DNA of 64,000 nt. It comes from an uncultured Actinomycetes bacterium. Lineage in GTDB: Bacteria > Actinomycetota > UBA4738 > JBBDTT01. The stretch is taken from contig CAVUMN010000001.1 of assembly GCA_963742735.1 (NCBI GenBank), forward strand, positions 128,001 through 192,000. Direction: 5' to 3'. The position numbers were made by a program, and so were the translations under genes. The notes under the pieces are model-generated. The model did no database searches. It was given only the letters and a program-made list of their open reading frames with translations, and had not been told where the DNA came from. Within the stretch, counting starts at the first letter, position 1, and each line of letters starts with the position of its first letter. Shown piece after piece: positions 1 through 8,981 of the stretch.

Positions 1-827
1 TTGAACAACCGCCGCACGGCGTCGGGATCCCACTCCCCCACGACGAAGTCGTCGACGGTCACGTCGAGGTCCAGGTCCGAGACGAACCGGGCCAGGTCCT
101 TGTTCCGGACCAGGTCCTCCCCCGCGTCGCGGACCTTCTCCTGGAGCTTCGGGGGCTTGACCTCGTCGACCCGCGTCAGCAGGTCCTCGATCGAGCCGAA
201 CTCCTGCACGAGCTTCGAGGCGGTCTTCTCGCCAACGCCGGGGATGCCCGGGATGTTGTCGCTCGGGTCGCCCTTGAGGGCCACGTAGTCGAGGTACTTC
301 GCGGGGGGGAGTCCGAACCGCTCCTCGACCTTCGCCTCGTCGTAGCGGACCGTCTCCGAGATGCCCCGGAGGTTGTAGATCATGTCGAGGCCCGGGCGCA
401 TCAGCTGGAAGAAGTCTCGGTCGGCGGTGACGATCGTGACGTGCTTCCCCTCGCCGTGGGCCCGCAGGGCCAGCGTCGCGATCACGTCGTCGGCCTCGTG
501 GCCCTCGACCGTCACCACCGGAACCCGCAGGGTGTCCAGGACCTCACGGATCAGCCCGAGCTGCTGGCGGAACTCGTCGGGGGCCTCGGTGCGGCCGGCC
601 TTGTACTCCGCGTACTTCTCCAGGCGAACGGTCGGGCGGCCCACGTCGAAGGACGCCGCCAGCAGGTCCGGCTTCTCCTCCCCGAGGAGCTTGATGAGCA
701 TCGACGTGAAGCCGTACACCGCGTTCGTGACCTGTCCGGCGGTCGTCGCCAGGGAAATCGGAAGCGCGTAGAACGCCCGGAAGGCAAGGCTGTGCCCGTC
801 GAGCAGGTACAGGTGGGGGGATGGCAC
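1..827 (-). CDS. polA: DNA polymerase I, N-terminal 5'-3' exonuclease part (runs off the window start)
   Basis: Manual translation from GTG at 827: VPSPHLYLLDGHSLAFRAFYALP...TNAVYGF...YAEYKAGR...GHEADDVIATL...TADRDFFQL...LKGDPSDNIPGIPGVGEKTA. Absent from the ORF track because the stop lies outside the window. Confidence 0.95.
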   Translation of the reverse strand, partial: MPSPHLYLLDGHSLAFRAFYALPISLATTAGQVTNAVYGFTSMLIKLLGEEKPDLLAASFDVGRPTVRLEKYAEYKAGRTEAPDEFRQQLGLIREVLDTLRVPVVTVEGHEADDVIATLALRAHGEGKHVTIVTADRDFFQLMRPGLDMIYNLRGISETVRYDEAKVEERFGLPPAKYLDYVALKGDPSDNIPGIPGVGEKTASKLVQEFGSIEDLLTRVDEVKPPKLQEKVRDAGEDLVRNKDLARFVSDLDLDVTVDDFVVGEWDPDAVRRLF

Positions 828-871
828 GTGTTCGATTGTAGACTCGCTCGCTCTGGGTCCCGCCCGAGGGC

Positions 872-901
872 TTGACGACTCGAATCCGCGCGTATTAGCA
901 T
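872..901 (+). promoter_or_regulatory. sigmaA-type promoter of the FTR1 permease gene
   Basis: TTGACG (872-877), 18 nt, TAGCAT (896-901). Confidence 0.6.
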
Positions 902-903
902 CC

Positions 904-940
904 GACCTGACACGCGTGTCAGGTCCGCGGTGGACCTGAC
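904..940. promoter_or_regulatory. Palindromic operator-like or alternative-hairpin element in the FTR1 leader
   Basis: Perfect 22-bp palindrome GACCTGACACGCGTGTCAGGTC (904-925) overlapping a second inverted repeat GTCAGGTCC-N5-GGACCTGAC (918-940). Confidence 0.55.
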
Positions 941-959
941 CGAGACGGGGAGCGCGACG

Positions 960-1847
960 ATGGGAAGTGCGTTCGTCATCACCCTCCGCGAGGGTCTGGA
1001 GATCGCCCTCGTCCTCGCCATCCTCCTCGCCTACCTGAACAAGATCGACCGCCGGAGCGACCACCGCAAGGTCTGGCTCGGCGCCGGGGCCGCGATGGCC
1101 ATCAGTGTGATCGCGGGCGCCGTGATCTTCATCGTGGCCCAAGGACTCTCCCACCGCGCGGCGGAGGCCTTCGAGGGCGTCGCCTCCCTCGTGGCGGTCG
1201 GCTTCGTCACCTGGATGATCTTCTGGATGCGCCGCCATGCCCCGACGATCAAGGGCGAGCTCCAGGGCCGCGTCGACGCCGCGCTGTTCTCCGGCTCGGC
1301 CATCGCCCTGCCCCTGATCGCCTTCTTCGTCGTGGTCCGCGAGGGTCTCGAGACGGCCCTGTTCCTGTTCAGCGCGTTCCGGGCCGGCGAGGTGGATCCG
1401 ATCGTGCGCACCGCCGGTGCGGTCCTCGGGATGGTCGTCGCCGCGGTCCTCGGCTACGCGTTCTATCGCGGGGGCATCAAGCTCAACCTGCGCACGTTCT
1501 TCCGGGTCACCGGCGTGCTCCTGATCCTCATCGCCGCCAGCCTGATCAGGTACGGCTTCCACGAGCTCTACGAGGCCGGGGCCTTCGAGTTCCTGGCCGG
1601 GACGTTCCTCCTGGAGAAGGTGCCCGTGATCGGGATCATCTCGAACCTGCCCTCCAAGGTGCTCGTCGGGCTGAACGGCAACCCGAACTGGCTCGAGTTC
1701 GCCGGATGGCTCGGGTACGTCGCGGTGGTCGGGACCCTGTTCCTGCGCTCCGGCAAGGCCGCGGGACGGGCCACGGAGGCTCCGGCGGAGGCGCCTGCGG
1801 CGGCTTCCGAGGCCCAGCTGGTTGCCCAAGAGGAGACCCGCGGGTAA
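960..1847 (+). CDS. efeU: FTR1-family iron permease (EfeU-like)
   Basis: Two REGxE motifs (LREGLE, VREGLE), about 7 TM segments; ATG at 960 preceded by GGGGAG. Confidence 0.9.
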   Translation: MGSAFVITLREGLEIALVLAILLAYLNKIDRRSDHRKVWLGAGAAMAISVIAGAVIFIVAQGLSHRAAEAFEGVASLVAVGFVTWMIFWMRRHAPTIKGELQGRVDAALFSGSAIALPLIAFFVVVREGLETALFLFSAFRAGEVDPIVRTAGAVLGMVVAAVLGYAFYRGGIKLNLRTFFRVTGVLLILIAASLIRYGFHELYEAGAFEFLAGTFLLEKVPVIGIISNLPSKVLVGLNGNPNWLEFAGWLGYVAVVGTLFLRSGKAAGRATEAPAEAPAAASEAQLVAQEETRG

Positions 1848-1850
1848 CAT
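1822..1850 (+). promoter_or_regulatory. sigmaA-type promoter of gltB, overlapping the efeU 3' end
   Basis: TTGCCC (1822-1827), 17 nt, TAACAT (1845-1850). Confidence 0.55.
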
Positions 1851-1856
1851 TCCCTC

Positions 1857-1983
1857 CCACACCACATATCCGAGGAGCGACGGCGCTTCGCCCGCGGGCG
1901 GGGCGTTTTGCTATCTCGGAGCGAATATCTGATCGGCAACGAGGCCGGGCGACCGCCCGGCCTTTTCGCGTCCAGGAGGCAAC
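1857..1983 (+). promoter_or_regulatory. gltB 5' leader: putative ANTAR-responsive transcription attenuator
   Basis: GGAGC[GACGGC]GCTTC (1874-1889) and TCGGC[AACGAG]GCCGG (1933-1948), each overlapping the 5' arm of a GC-rich stem followed by TTTT (1883-1909; 1942-1966); RBS AGGAGG follows. Confidence 0.7.
1942..1966 (+). terminator. Intrinsic terminator directly upstream of the gltB RBS
   Basis: AGGCCGGGC-GACC-GCCCGGCCT followed by TTT. Confidence 0.75.
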
Positions 1984-4900
1984 GTGACGTTCGCGTACCA
2001 GCGAGACGAACGAGACGCGTGCGGCATCGGCTTCGTGGCCGACGCCGAGGGCCGGTCCTCGCGCGCGATCGTCCGGGCGGGCATCGACGCGCTGACCCGC
2101 GTGCGGCACCGCGGCGCGCTGGCCTCCGACGCGAAGACCGGGGACGGAGCCGGCCTCCTCCTCCCGCTGCCGCCGAAGCTGCTCGCGGCGTGGGTCGGCG
2201 CCGAGCGCGACGACCGGCTGGGCCTGGCCATGGCGTTCCTCGATGCGTCCGAACCGGGGCCGGGCCGGGCGGCCATCCAGGCCGCCCTGGAGGCGGAGGG
2301 AATCGAGGTCCTGGGCTGGCGCGACGTTCCGGTCGACCTGGACGCCCTCGGCGATCAGGCCCGAGGGTCCATGCCGGCCATCGTCCAGGCGGTCCTGCGG
2401 TCCCCGACCTCGGATCTCGAGGACGCCGAGCGGCGGGCGTTCCGGGCCCGCAAGCGAGCCGAGGCCGCCGCCCCCGAGGGCCGGTTCTACCTCCCCTCGC
2501 TGTCGTTCCGGAGCGTCACCTACAAGGCCCTGTGCGCGGCCGACCAGCTCGCGGCGTTCTATCTGGACCTCCAGGACGAGCGTTTCGAGGCGCCGTTCGC
2601 GATGTTCCACCAGCGGTACTCGACGAACACCACGCCCACGTGGGAGCGGGCCCAGCCGTTCCGCCTGCTCTGCCACAACGGGGAGATCAACACCATCCAG
2701 GGCAACGTGAACCTGATGGGAGCGCGCGAAGGGCGCCTGGGGGCGGGCGACCTGGCCCCCGAGGACCTCCTGCGGCCGGTCATCGACGAGGCGGGATCCG
2801 ACTCGGCGATGCTCGACAACCTGGTCGAGCTCCTGATCCGCGGAGGGCGCGACGCGCGCCACGCCCTGGCGATGGCCGTCCCCGAGGCCTGGGAGGGCAT
2901 GCCCGGCCTCACTGACGACGTCCGGGCGTTCTATCGCTATCACGCCGCGCTGATCGAGCCGTGGGACGGGCCGGCCGGCCTGGTGTTCACCGACGGGATC
3001 GGGATCGGCGCCACGCTCGACCGCAACGGCCTCCGGCCCCTTCGGTACGCGATCTGCGACGACGGCCTGGTGGCCTGCGCGTCCGAGGCCGGAGCCGTGG
3101 ACGTGTCCGGCCACGGAACCGTCCGCCGGGGCAAGCTCGGGCCCGGCCAGATGCTGTGGGTCGCCCCGGGCGAGGGCGTCTTCGAGAACCCCGAGATCAA
3201 GCGGGGCCTCGCCGCCCGGCGGCCGTACGCCGAGTGGAACGAAGCGCACCTCCGGCCGGCGTCCACCGGCGAGCCCGTGGAACGGCCCTCGGACCACCTC
3301 GTGGAGCGCCAGGTCGCCCACGGCTACACGAAGGAAGAGATCACCGTCGTCGTCCGCCCGATGGCGATCGACGGCAAGGAGACCACCTCCTCGATGGGCG
3401 ACGACACGCAGCAGGCGGTACTGGCCGAGCGAGCGCGGCCGGTCCCCCACTACCTGCGTCAGCGGTTCGCCCAAGTCACCAACCCGCCGATCGACCACCT
3501 CCGTGAGCGGCTGGTCATGTCCGTGAGCGTTCGCGTGGGCCCCCGGCACCCGCTGCTCTCCGAGGCGCCCGAGGCGGCCGGCCTGATCGAGCTCCCCTCG
3601 TTCCTCCTGACCCCGGAAGGCCTCGAGCGCCTGGCCGCAGAGGCGCCGTGGCCGGCCGTCACCCTGGACGCCACGTTCCCGGTCTCCGAGGGTCCCGCGG
3701 GCCTTCGGGCGGCGGTGGACCGGATCGGGGAGGAGGCCGAGCGCGCCGTTCGCGACGGCGCGGGGATCGTGGTGGTCTCGGACTGGGACGTGAGCCCGGA
3801 ACGCGCGCCGGTCCCCTCGGTCCTGGCCGTGGGCGCGGTCCATCACCGGCTGGTTCGCGCCGGGCTGCGGACGCTGGCCTCGATCGTCGCGGCCACCGAC
3901 GAGCCCCACGACGTCCATGCGGTCGCCTGCCTGGTGGCCTACGGCGCCGAGGTCGTCTGTCCCCGGCTCGTCCTGGAGACCATCGCGGACCTGTGCCTGG
4001 AGGGCCGCATCGGTGGCGACAACCCACCGGCCGCGGAGGCCCAGGGGCGGTTCCGGGAGGCGGTCGAGGACGGGGTGCTGAAGGTCATGTCGAAGATGGG
4101 CATCTCCACCGTCGAGTCCTACCGGAGCGCGCAGATCTTCGAGGCGGTGGGGCTGGGGCCGGAGGTCATCGACGTGTGCCTGACGGGAACCCCCTCGCCG
4201 CTGGGCGGGGTGGGGTTCCCGGAGATCGGCGCCGACGTCCTGGAGCGGCACGCGGCGGGATTCGCCGCGGCCGCCGCCCTGACCAACCCCGGGTTCATCA
4301 AGCATCGGGCGGGCGGCGAGTACCACATGAACAACCCCGACGTCGTCCAGTCCCTGCACGACACGCTGGGCGTCGACGACGTGGCCGCCGCGCGGACCGA
4401 GGAGGGCCACGAGGTCCCCGAGATCGCCCACAGCCTGCAGCGCGCGGTCCGGACCGAGGACTGGAACGCATACGAGACGTTCGCCGCGCTGGTCAACGAT
4501 CGTCCTCCGTCGGAGCCGCGCGACCTCCTCGAGCTGTCCCCCGCGTCGGGACCCGTGCCCGTGGACGAGGTCGAGCCCATCGAGGCGATCACCCGCCGGT
4601 TCTCCACCGGGGCGATGTCCCACGGCGCGCTGTCGGCCGAGGCGCACGAGACCCTGTCGATCGCCCTGAACATGATCGGCGGACGGGCGAACACCGGCGA
4701 GGGCGGCGAGGACCGCTCCCGCTACCGCGACCACCGCAACTCCGCGATCAAGCAGGTCGCCAGCGGGCGATTCGGGGTGACGCCGGAGTACCTGGCCCAC
4801 GCCGCCGAGCTCCAGATCAAGATGGCCCAGGGGTCCAAGCCCGGCGAGGGCGGCCAGCTCCCCGGGAACAAGGTCACCCACGAGATCGCCACCCTGCGGC

Positions 4901-6444
4901 ACACGACTCCCGGGGTCGCCCTGATCTCCCCGCCGCCCCATCACGACATCTACTCGATCGAGGACCTGGCTCAGCTGATCTACGACCTGAAGCAGGCCAA
5001 CCCCTCGGCGGACGTCTCCGTGAAGCTGGTGGCCACCGACGGCGTTGGAACGATCGCCGCGGGTGTGGCGAAGGGACTCGCGGAGATCGTGCACATCGCT
5101 GGAGCCGACGGCGGGACCGGCGCGAGCCCGCTGTCCTCGATCAAGCACGCCGGCCTCCCGTGGGAGGTCGGCCTGGCCGAGACGCAACAGATGCTGGTCG
5201 ACAACGGCCTGCGGGCCCGCATCCGGGTGCGCGTGGACGGCGGGTTCAAGACCGGCCGCGACGTGGTCGTGGCCGCGCTGCTCGGCGCCGACGAGTACTC
5301 GTTCGGGACCGCGGCCCTACTGGCGGAGGGCTGCATCATGGTCCGGACCTGCCACCGGGACACTTGCCCGGTGGGCATCGCCAGCCAGCGGCCCGAGCTC
5401 CGGGCCAAGTTCAACGGCACCCCCGAGATGGTCGCCAACTACCTTCGCTTCGTCGCCGAGGAGACCCGGCGCATCCTGGCCTCGCTCGGTCTTCGATCGC
5501 TGGACGAGGCCGTGGGCCGGGTCGAGCTGCTCCGGCCTCGCGTCACCGGCAACCCGCGGGCCGACGGGCTCGACCTCCGGAGGCTCCTGGCCGACCCCGG
5601 CGAGGGTCCGCGGCGATTCGAGGCGCCCGTAGCCCTCCAGAAGATCCGATCGGACCTGGGAGACCGCGTCGCGGCGGAGGCCGTCCCCGCGCTGCGCGAG
5701 GGACAGGTCCTGGGACTCTCCTACGCCATCACGAACGGCGACCGGTCGGTCGGGGCGCGGCTGGGCACCGACCTGGCCCGCGAGTTCGGCGACCGGCGGG
5801 CCCCCGGCCGGGTCCGGGTGTCGTTCGACGGGCAGGCCGGGCAGAGCTTCGGGGCGTTCCTCGCCGACGGGGTCGAGTTCCACCTGACCGGGGAAGCCAA
5901 CGACTACGTCGGCAAGGGGATGGCCGGCGGCCGCATCGTGATCGAGCCGCCCCCCGGCGACGCCGGCGATCCCCACCTGGTCGGCAACACCGTGCTCTAC
6001 GGGGCCACCGGAGGACAGCTGTTCTGCGCCGGCCGGGCCGGGGAGCGCTTCGGCGTCCGCAACTCCGGCGCGGTCGCGGTGATCGAGGGCGTGGGCGACC
6101 ACGCGTGCGAGTACATGACCGGAGGCGCCGTGGTCGTGCTCGGCCCGGTGGGTCACAACCTCGGGGCCGGGATGACGGGAGGCGAGGTCTACGTCTACGA
6201 CCCCAGCGACACCATCGTGGGTCGGCTGAACCCACAGCTCGTGGAGGCCCGCCGCCCCACCCAGGCCCAGATCCCGTCGCTGCACCGGCTGGTCGAGCGC
6301 CACGAGCACCTGACGGGATCCGCACGCGCCGGGGCTCTGCTCGCGGACTGGGAGAACGAGTCCCCCCGGTTCTGGCGCGTCGTCACCAAGTCCGAGGTGG
6401 CGATGCTCGAGGCGGCCTTCGAGGGGACCCTCGCGCGGGCCTGA
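1984..6444 (+). CDS. gltB: Glutamate synthase large subunit
   Basis: ERDA/CGIGF Ntn amidotransferase start, HQRYSTNT, HNGEINT, FAQVTNPPID, IKQVASGRFGV, KPGEGGQLPG, 3Fe-4S motif CIMVRTCHRDTC, C-terminal GXGXG beta-helix; 1486 aa. Confidence 0.98.
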   Translation: MTFAYQRDERDACGIGFVADAEGRSSRAIVRAGIDALTRVRHRGALASDAKTGDGAGLLLPLPPKLLAAWVGAERDDRLGLAMAFLDASEPGPGRAAIQAALEAEGIEVLGWRDVPVDLDALGDQARGSMPAIVQAVLRSPTSDLEDAERRAFRARKRAEAAAPEGRFYLPSLSFRSVTYKALCAADQLAAFYLDLQDERFEAPFAMFHQRYSTNTTPTWERAQPFRLLCHNGEINTIQGNVNLMGAREGRLGAGDLAPEDLLRPVIDEAGSDSAMLDNLVELLIRGGRDARHALAMAVPEAWEGMPGLTDDVRAFYRYHAALIEPWDGPAGLVFTDGIGIGATLDRNGLRPLRYAICDDGLVACASEAGAVDVSGHGTVRRGKLGPGQMLWVAPGEGVFENPEIKRGLAARRPYAEWNEAHLRPASTGEPVERPSDHLVERQVAHGYTKEEITVVVRPMAIDGKETTSSMGDDTQQAVLAERARPVPHYLRQRFAQVTNPPIDHLRERLVMSVSVRVGPRHPLLSEAPEAAGLIELPSFLLTPEGLERLAAEAPWPAVTLDATFPVSEGPAGLRAAVDRIGEEAERAVRDGAGIVVVSDWDVSPERAPVPSVLAVGAVHHRLVRAGLRTLASIVAATDEPHDVHAVACLVAYGAEVVCPRLVLETIADLCLEGRIGGDNPPAAEAQGRFREAVEDGVLKVMSKMGISTVESYRSAQIFEAVGLGPEVIDVCLTGTPSPLGGVGFPEIGADVLERHAAGFAAAAALTNPGFIKHRAGGEYHMNNPDVVQSLHDTLGVDDVAAARTEEGHEVPEIAHSLQRAVRTEDWNAYETFAALVNDRPPSEPRDLLELSPASGPVPVDEVEPIEAITRRFSTGAMSHGALSAEAHETLSIALNMIGGRANTGEGGEDRSRYRDHRNSAIKQVASGRFGVTPEYLAHAAELQIKMAQGSKPGEGGQLPGNKVTHEIATLRHTTPGVALISPPPHHDIYSIEDLAQLIYDLKQANPSADVSVKLVATDGVGTIAAGVAKGLAEIVHIAGADGGTGASPLSSIKHAGLPWEVGLAETQQMLVDNGLRARIRVRVDGGFKTGRDVVVAALLGADEYSFGTAALLAEGCIMVRTCHRDTCPVGIASQRPELRAKFNGTPEMVANYLRFVAEETRRILASLGLRSLDEAVGRVELLRPRVTGNPRADGLDLRRLLADPGEGPRRFEAPVALQKIRSDLGDRVAAEAVPALREGQVLGLSYAITNGDRSVGARLGTDLAREFGDRRAPGRVRVSFDGQAGQSFGAFLADGVEFHLTGEANDYVGKGMAGGRIVIEPPPGDAGDPHLVGNTVLYGATGGQLFCAGRAGERFGVRNSGAVAVIEGVGDHACEYMTGGAVVVLGPVGHNLGAGMTGGEVYVYDPSDTIVGRLNPQLVEARRPTQAQIPSLHRLVERHEHLTGSARAGALLADWENESPRFWRVVTKSEVAMLEAAFEGTLARA

Positions 6445-6466
6445 GACCCGCTAGGATTCGCCCCTC

Positions 6467-6919
6467 ATGGCGACGGATCCGTCCGAGAACCCCCCGCCCG
6501 AGGGCGCGACGGCCGAGCAGATGCTCGCCCTGGCCAACGGCCTCCTCCCCGGGACCCTGATGGAACGGTTGGAGCTGGAGTTCCTCGAGGTGGGGACGCG
6601 CCGGCTGCGAGCGAGGATCCCCGTGAAGGGCAACACCCAGCCGTACGGATTGCTCCACGGCGGCGCCACGGCGGCGCTGTGCGAGACGATCGCTTCGTTC
6701 GGCACGGTATACGTGGCCGGTGTCGACAAGGTGGCGACCGGGGTGGAGCTCAACGTGAACCACATCCGCGCGGTTCGCGAGGGCTTCATCACGGCGACCG
6801 CCGTGCCGCTGCACGTGGGGCGAACCACGGCGGTCTGGGACATGAAAGTTCACGACGATGACGGCCGTCTGGTGGCCGCGAGTCGCCTCACCCTCGCCAT
6901 CCGCGACTCGAAGGCGTAG
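6467..6919 (+). CDS. PaaI/hotdog-fold thioesterase (MenI/DHNA-CoA thioesterase-like)
   Basis: QPYGLLHGGATAALCET motif, GVELNVNHIR, LHVGRTTAVW. Confidence 0.88.
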   Translation: MATDPSENPPPEGATAEQMLALANGLLPGTLMERLELEFLEVGTRRLRARIPVKGNTQPYGLLHGGATAALCETIASFGTVYVAGVDKVATGVELNVNHIRAVREGFITATAVPLHVGRTTAVWDMKVHDDDGRLVAASRLTLAIRDSKA

Positions 6920-7068
6920 TCGCGCACCCGTCTGACCTGCGGCGATGCGGATCGCGATCGTCAGTCAAAAGTTCCTTGTCACTCTGACGACATTTTTCGG
7001 GCTACGCATACCGCGAACTACCTGCGCGTATGCGCGAGAACCCTTGGGGCGCAACGGTTTCCAGCCGG

Positions 7069-7098
7069 TTGACTCGGGCGCCGCGCGCTTGCTACCTT
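7069..7098 (+). promoter_or_regulatory. sigmaA-type promoter of the 6S-like RNA
   Basis: TTGACT (7069-7074), 18 nt, TACCTT (7093-7098) with extended -10 TG; predicted start about 7104-7105 matches the 5' end of the closing stem. Confidence 0.7.
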
Positions 7099-7103
7099 TC
7101 GCC

Positions 7104-7255
7104 CGGTCCCAAGCGGTCGCAGGGACGCGACGGGAGCCAGGAGGCCACGGGGGCCTGCCTCGGAGGGAACCGAAGGACCTCGGTCCGGAGGAACCCACCA
7201 GGGCGGCACTCGGAGCCACCGGGTTCCCGGAGGGCACCCGGGTCGCTTGGGACCG
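7104..7255 (+). ncRNA. ssrS: 6S RNA-like rod-shaped ncRNA
   Basis: 15-bp closing stem CGGTCCCAAGCGGTC/GGTCGCTTGGGACCG, then an 11-12 nt two-sided bubble, then CGGGAGCC/GGTTCCCG stem; contains GGGAGCC, ACCCACC, CGGGTTC and GGCAC motifs resembling Firmicute 6S RNAs; own promoter; no credible ORF. Confidence 0.7.
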
Positions 7256-7261
7256 ACCTTT

Positions 7262-7342
7262 GAACGGGTCCGAGAAGCCGAGTAGATAACGCTCGCGTAT
7301 GGGGAAGGCGTGAGCGGCTCCAAAGGCTTCTCGGGCCCGTTC
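7262..7342. repeat. Long inverted repeat/hairpin (terminator or REP-like)
   Basis: GAACGGGTCCGAGAAGCC (7262-7279) pairs with GGCTTCTCGGGCCCGTTC (7325-7342); inner CGCTCGCG/CGTGAGCG stem; followed by TTT. Confidence 0.6.
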
Positions 7343-7402
7343 TTTGGCATTCGCGGGCCCTCCGCCCGGCCTGCATCCGCACATACCCGGTAGGGTTCTC
7401 GC

Positions 7403-7885
7403 ATGGCACAGGAACCGAACCCTTCGTCCGACGCGCCGCAAGAGCCGCAGGCGATGATGCTCGACCCGCAGAAGCTGTTGCGCATCGCCGGCGTCACCCG
7501 GGAGGTGCTGGAGGAGGCCCGGCGGATCCGCCCGGAGCCCGGCGCGATCGATCACCTCCGGCGGGTCCACGCCAAGATCAGCGACGAGCTGAAGGGCGCA
7601 CTCCCCCCGGACCTGTGGAAGGAGCTCGACGAGCTGACGCCCGACATCAGGGACGGCACCCTCGAGGAGCTGGCCCTGGCGCACTCGGAGATCCTCGGCT
7701 GGCTCGAGGGACTGTTCCAGGGCACCCACCTGGCCATCCAGGCCCAGGCGGCACAGGCGGCGCAGATGCTCCGCCAGCAGATGGCCGACGCCGAGCGGGG
7801 AGAGCTCGGAGACGGGGAGCGCTCGCCCTCCGGAAGCGAGTCGGGCGGCGAGACGACCCCCGGCGGGACCAGCCAGTACCTCTAG
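7403..7885 (+). CDS. bpa: Bacterial proteasome activator Bpa/PafE (DUF2587)
   Basis: PQKLLRIA...LEEAR...LPPDLWKEL...ILGWLEGLFQG...AQ pattern; C-terminal HbYX-type tail SQYL (GQYL in mycobacteria). Confidence 0.85.
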   Translation: MAQEPNPSSDAPQEPQAMMLDPQKLLRIAGVTREVLEEARRIRPEPGAIDHLRRVHAKISDELKGALPPDLWKELDELTPDIRDGTLEELALAHSEILGWLEGLFQGTHLAIQAQAAQAAQMLRQQMADAERGELGDGERSPSGSESGGETTPGGTSQYL

Positions 7886-8234
7886 CCCTCGATCACCAGC
7901 ACGCCCTGCATCTTCCGATCCCGGTGATACGAGCAGTAGAAGTCGTACAGGCCCTCCTCGGGAAGCACCGAGGAGATCGGATCGATGACCAGCTCCTCGC
8001 CGACGGGCAGGTCCCGGCGGTACTCCGTACCGATGATCGTGACGTTGTGCCTGTTCCGCCCCACGTTCCGGAAGATCAGCGCCCGGTCCGGGTCGATCGG
8101 CAACGAGGGGTGCGCATCGTGGAAGTGGTAGTCGATGGCCGAGACGACATACGGGCCGGCGGACGACCCAGCCGGCCCCCCGTCGCCGCATGCGACGAGA
8201 CTCACCACCACCAGGCCGAGCACCAGAGCGCGTC

Positions 8235-8238
<4 letters not shown>
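7882..8238 (-). CDS. Cupredoxin-domain lipoprotein
   Basis: Lipobox LVAC; type-1 copper ligands HN...C-x2-H-x4-M (RHNV...[13 protein letters not shown]). Confidence 0.8.

Positions 8239-8977
<739 letters not shown>

Positions 8978-8981
<4 letters not shown>

Noticed and set aside
1857-1983. Glutamine (glnA) riboswitch or GlnR box before gltB
   Set aside because: No E-loop three-way-junction consensus and no GTnAC-n6-GAAAC pair; the twin hexaloop/terminator pattern fits ANTAR better.
1636-6560. Very long antisense or alternative-frame ORFs over gltB (also over dnaE, ileS, dcw genes and the transglutaminase)
   Set aside because: Arg/Gly/Pro-rich shadow ORFs expected from high-GC codon bias; no motifs or RBS.
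7104-7255. SRP (4.5S) RNA or Ms1 RNA
   Set aside because: GGTCCGGAGGAA only loosely resembles the SRP CAGGTCCGGAAGGAAGCAGC core and lacks its symmetric loop; size and synteny do not fit Ms1.
6945-7409. Short ORFs predicted across the thioesterase-bpa interval
   Set aside because: No RBS, atypical composition and mutual overlap; the region is better explained by promoter, structured RNA and hairpins.
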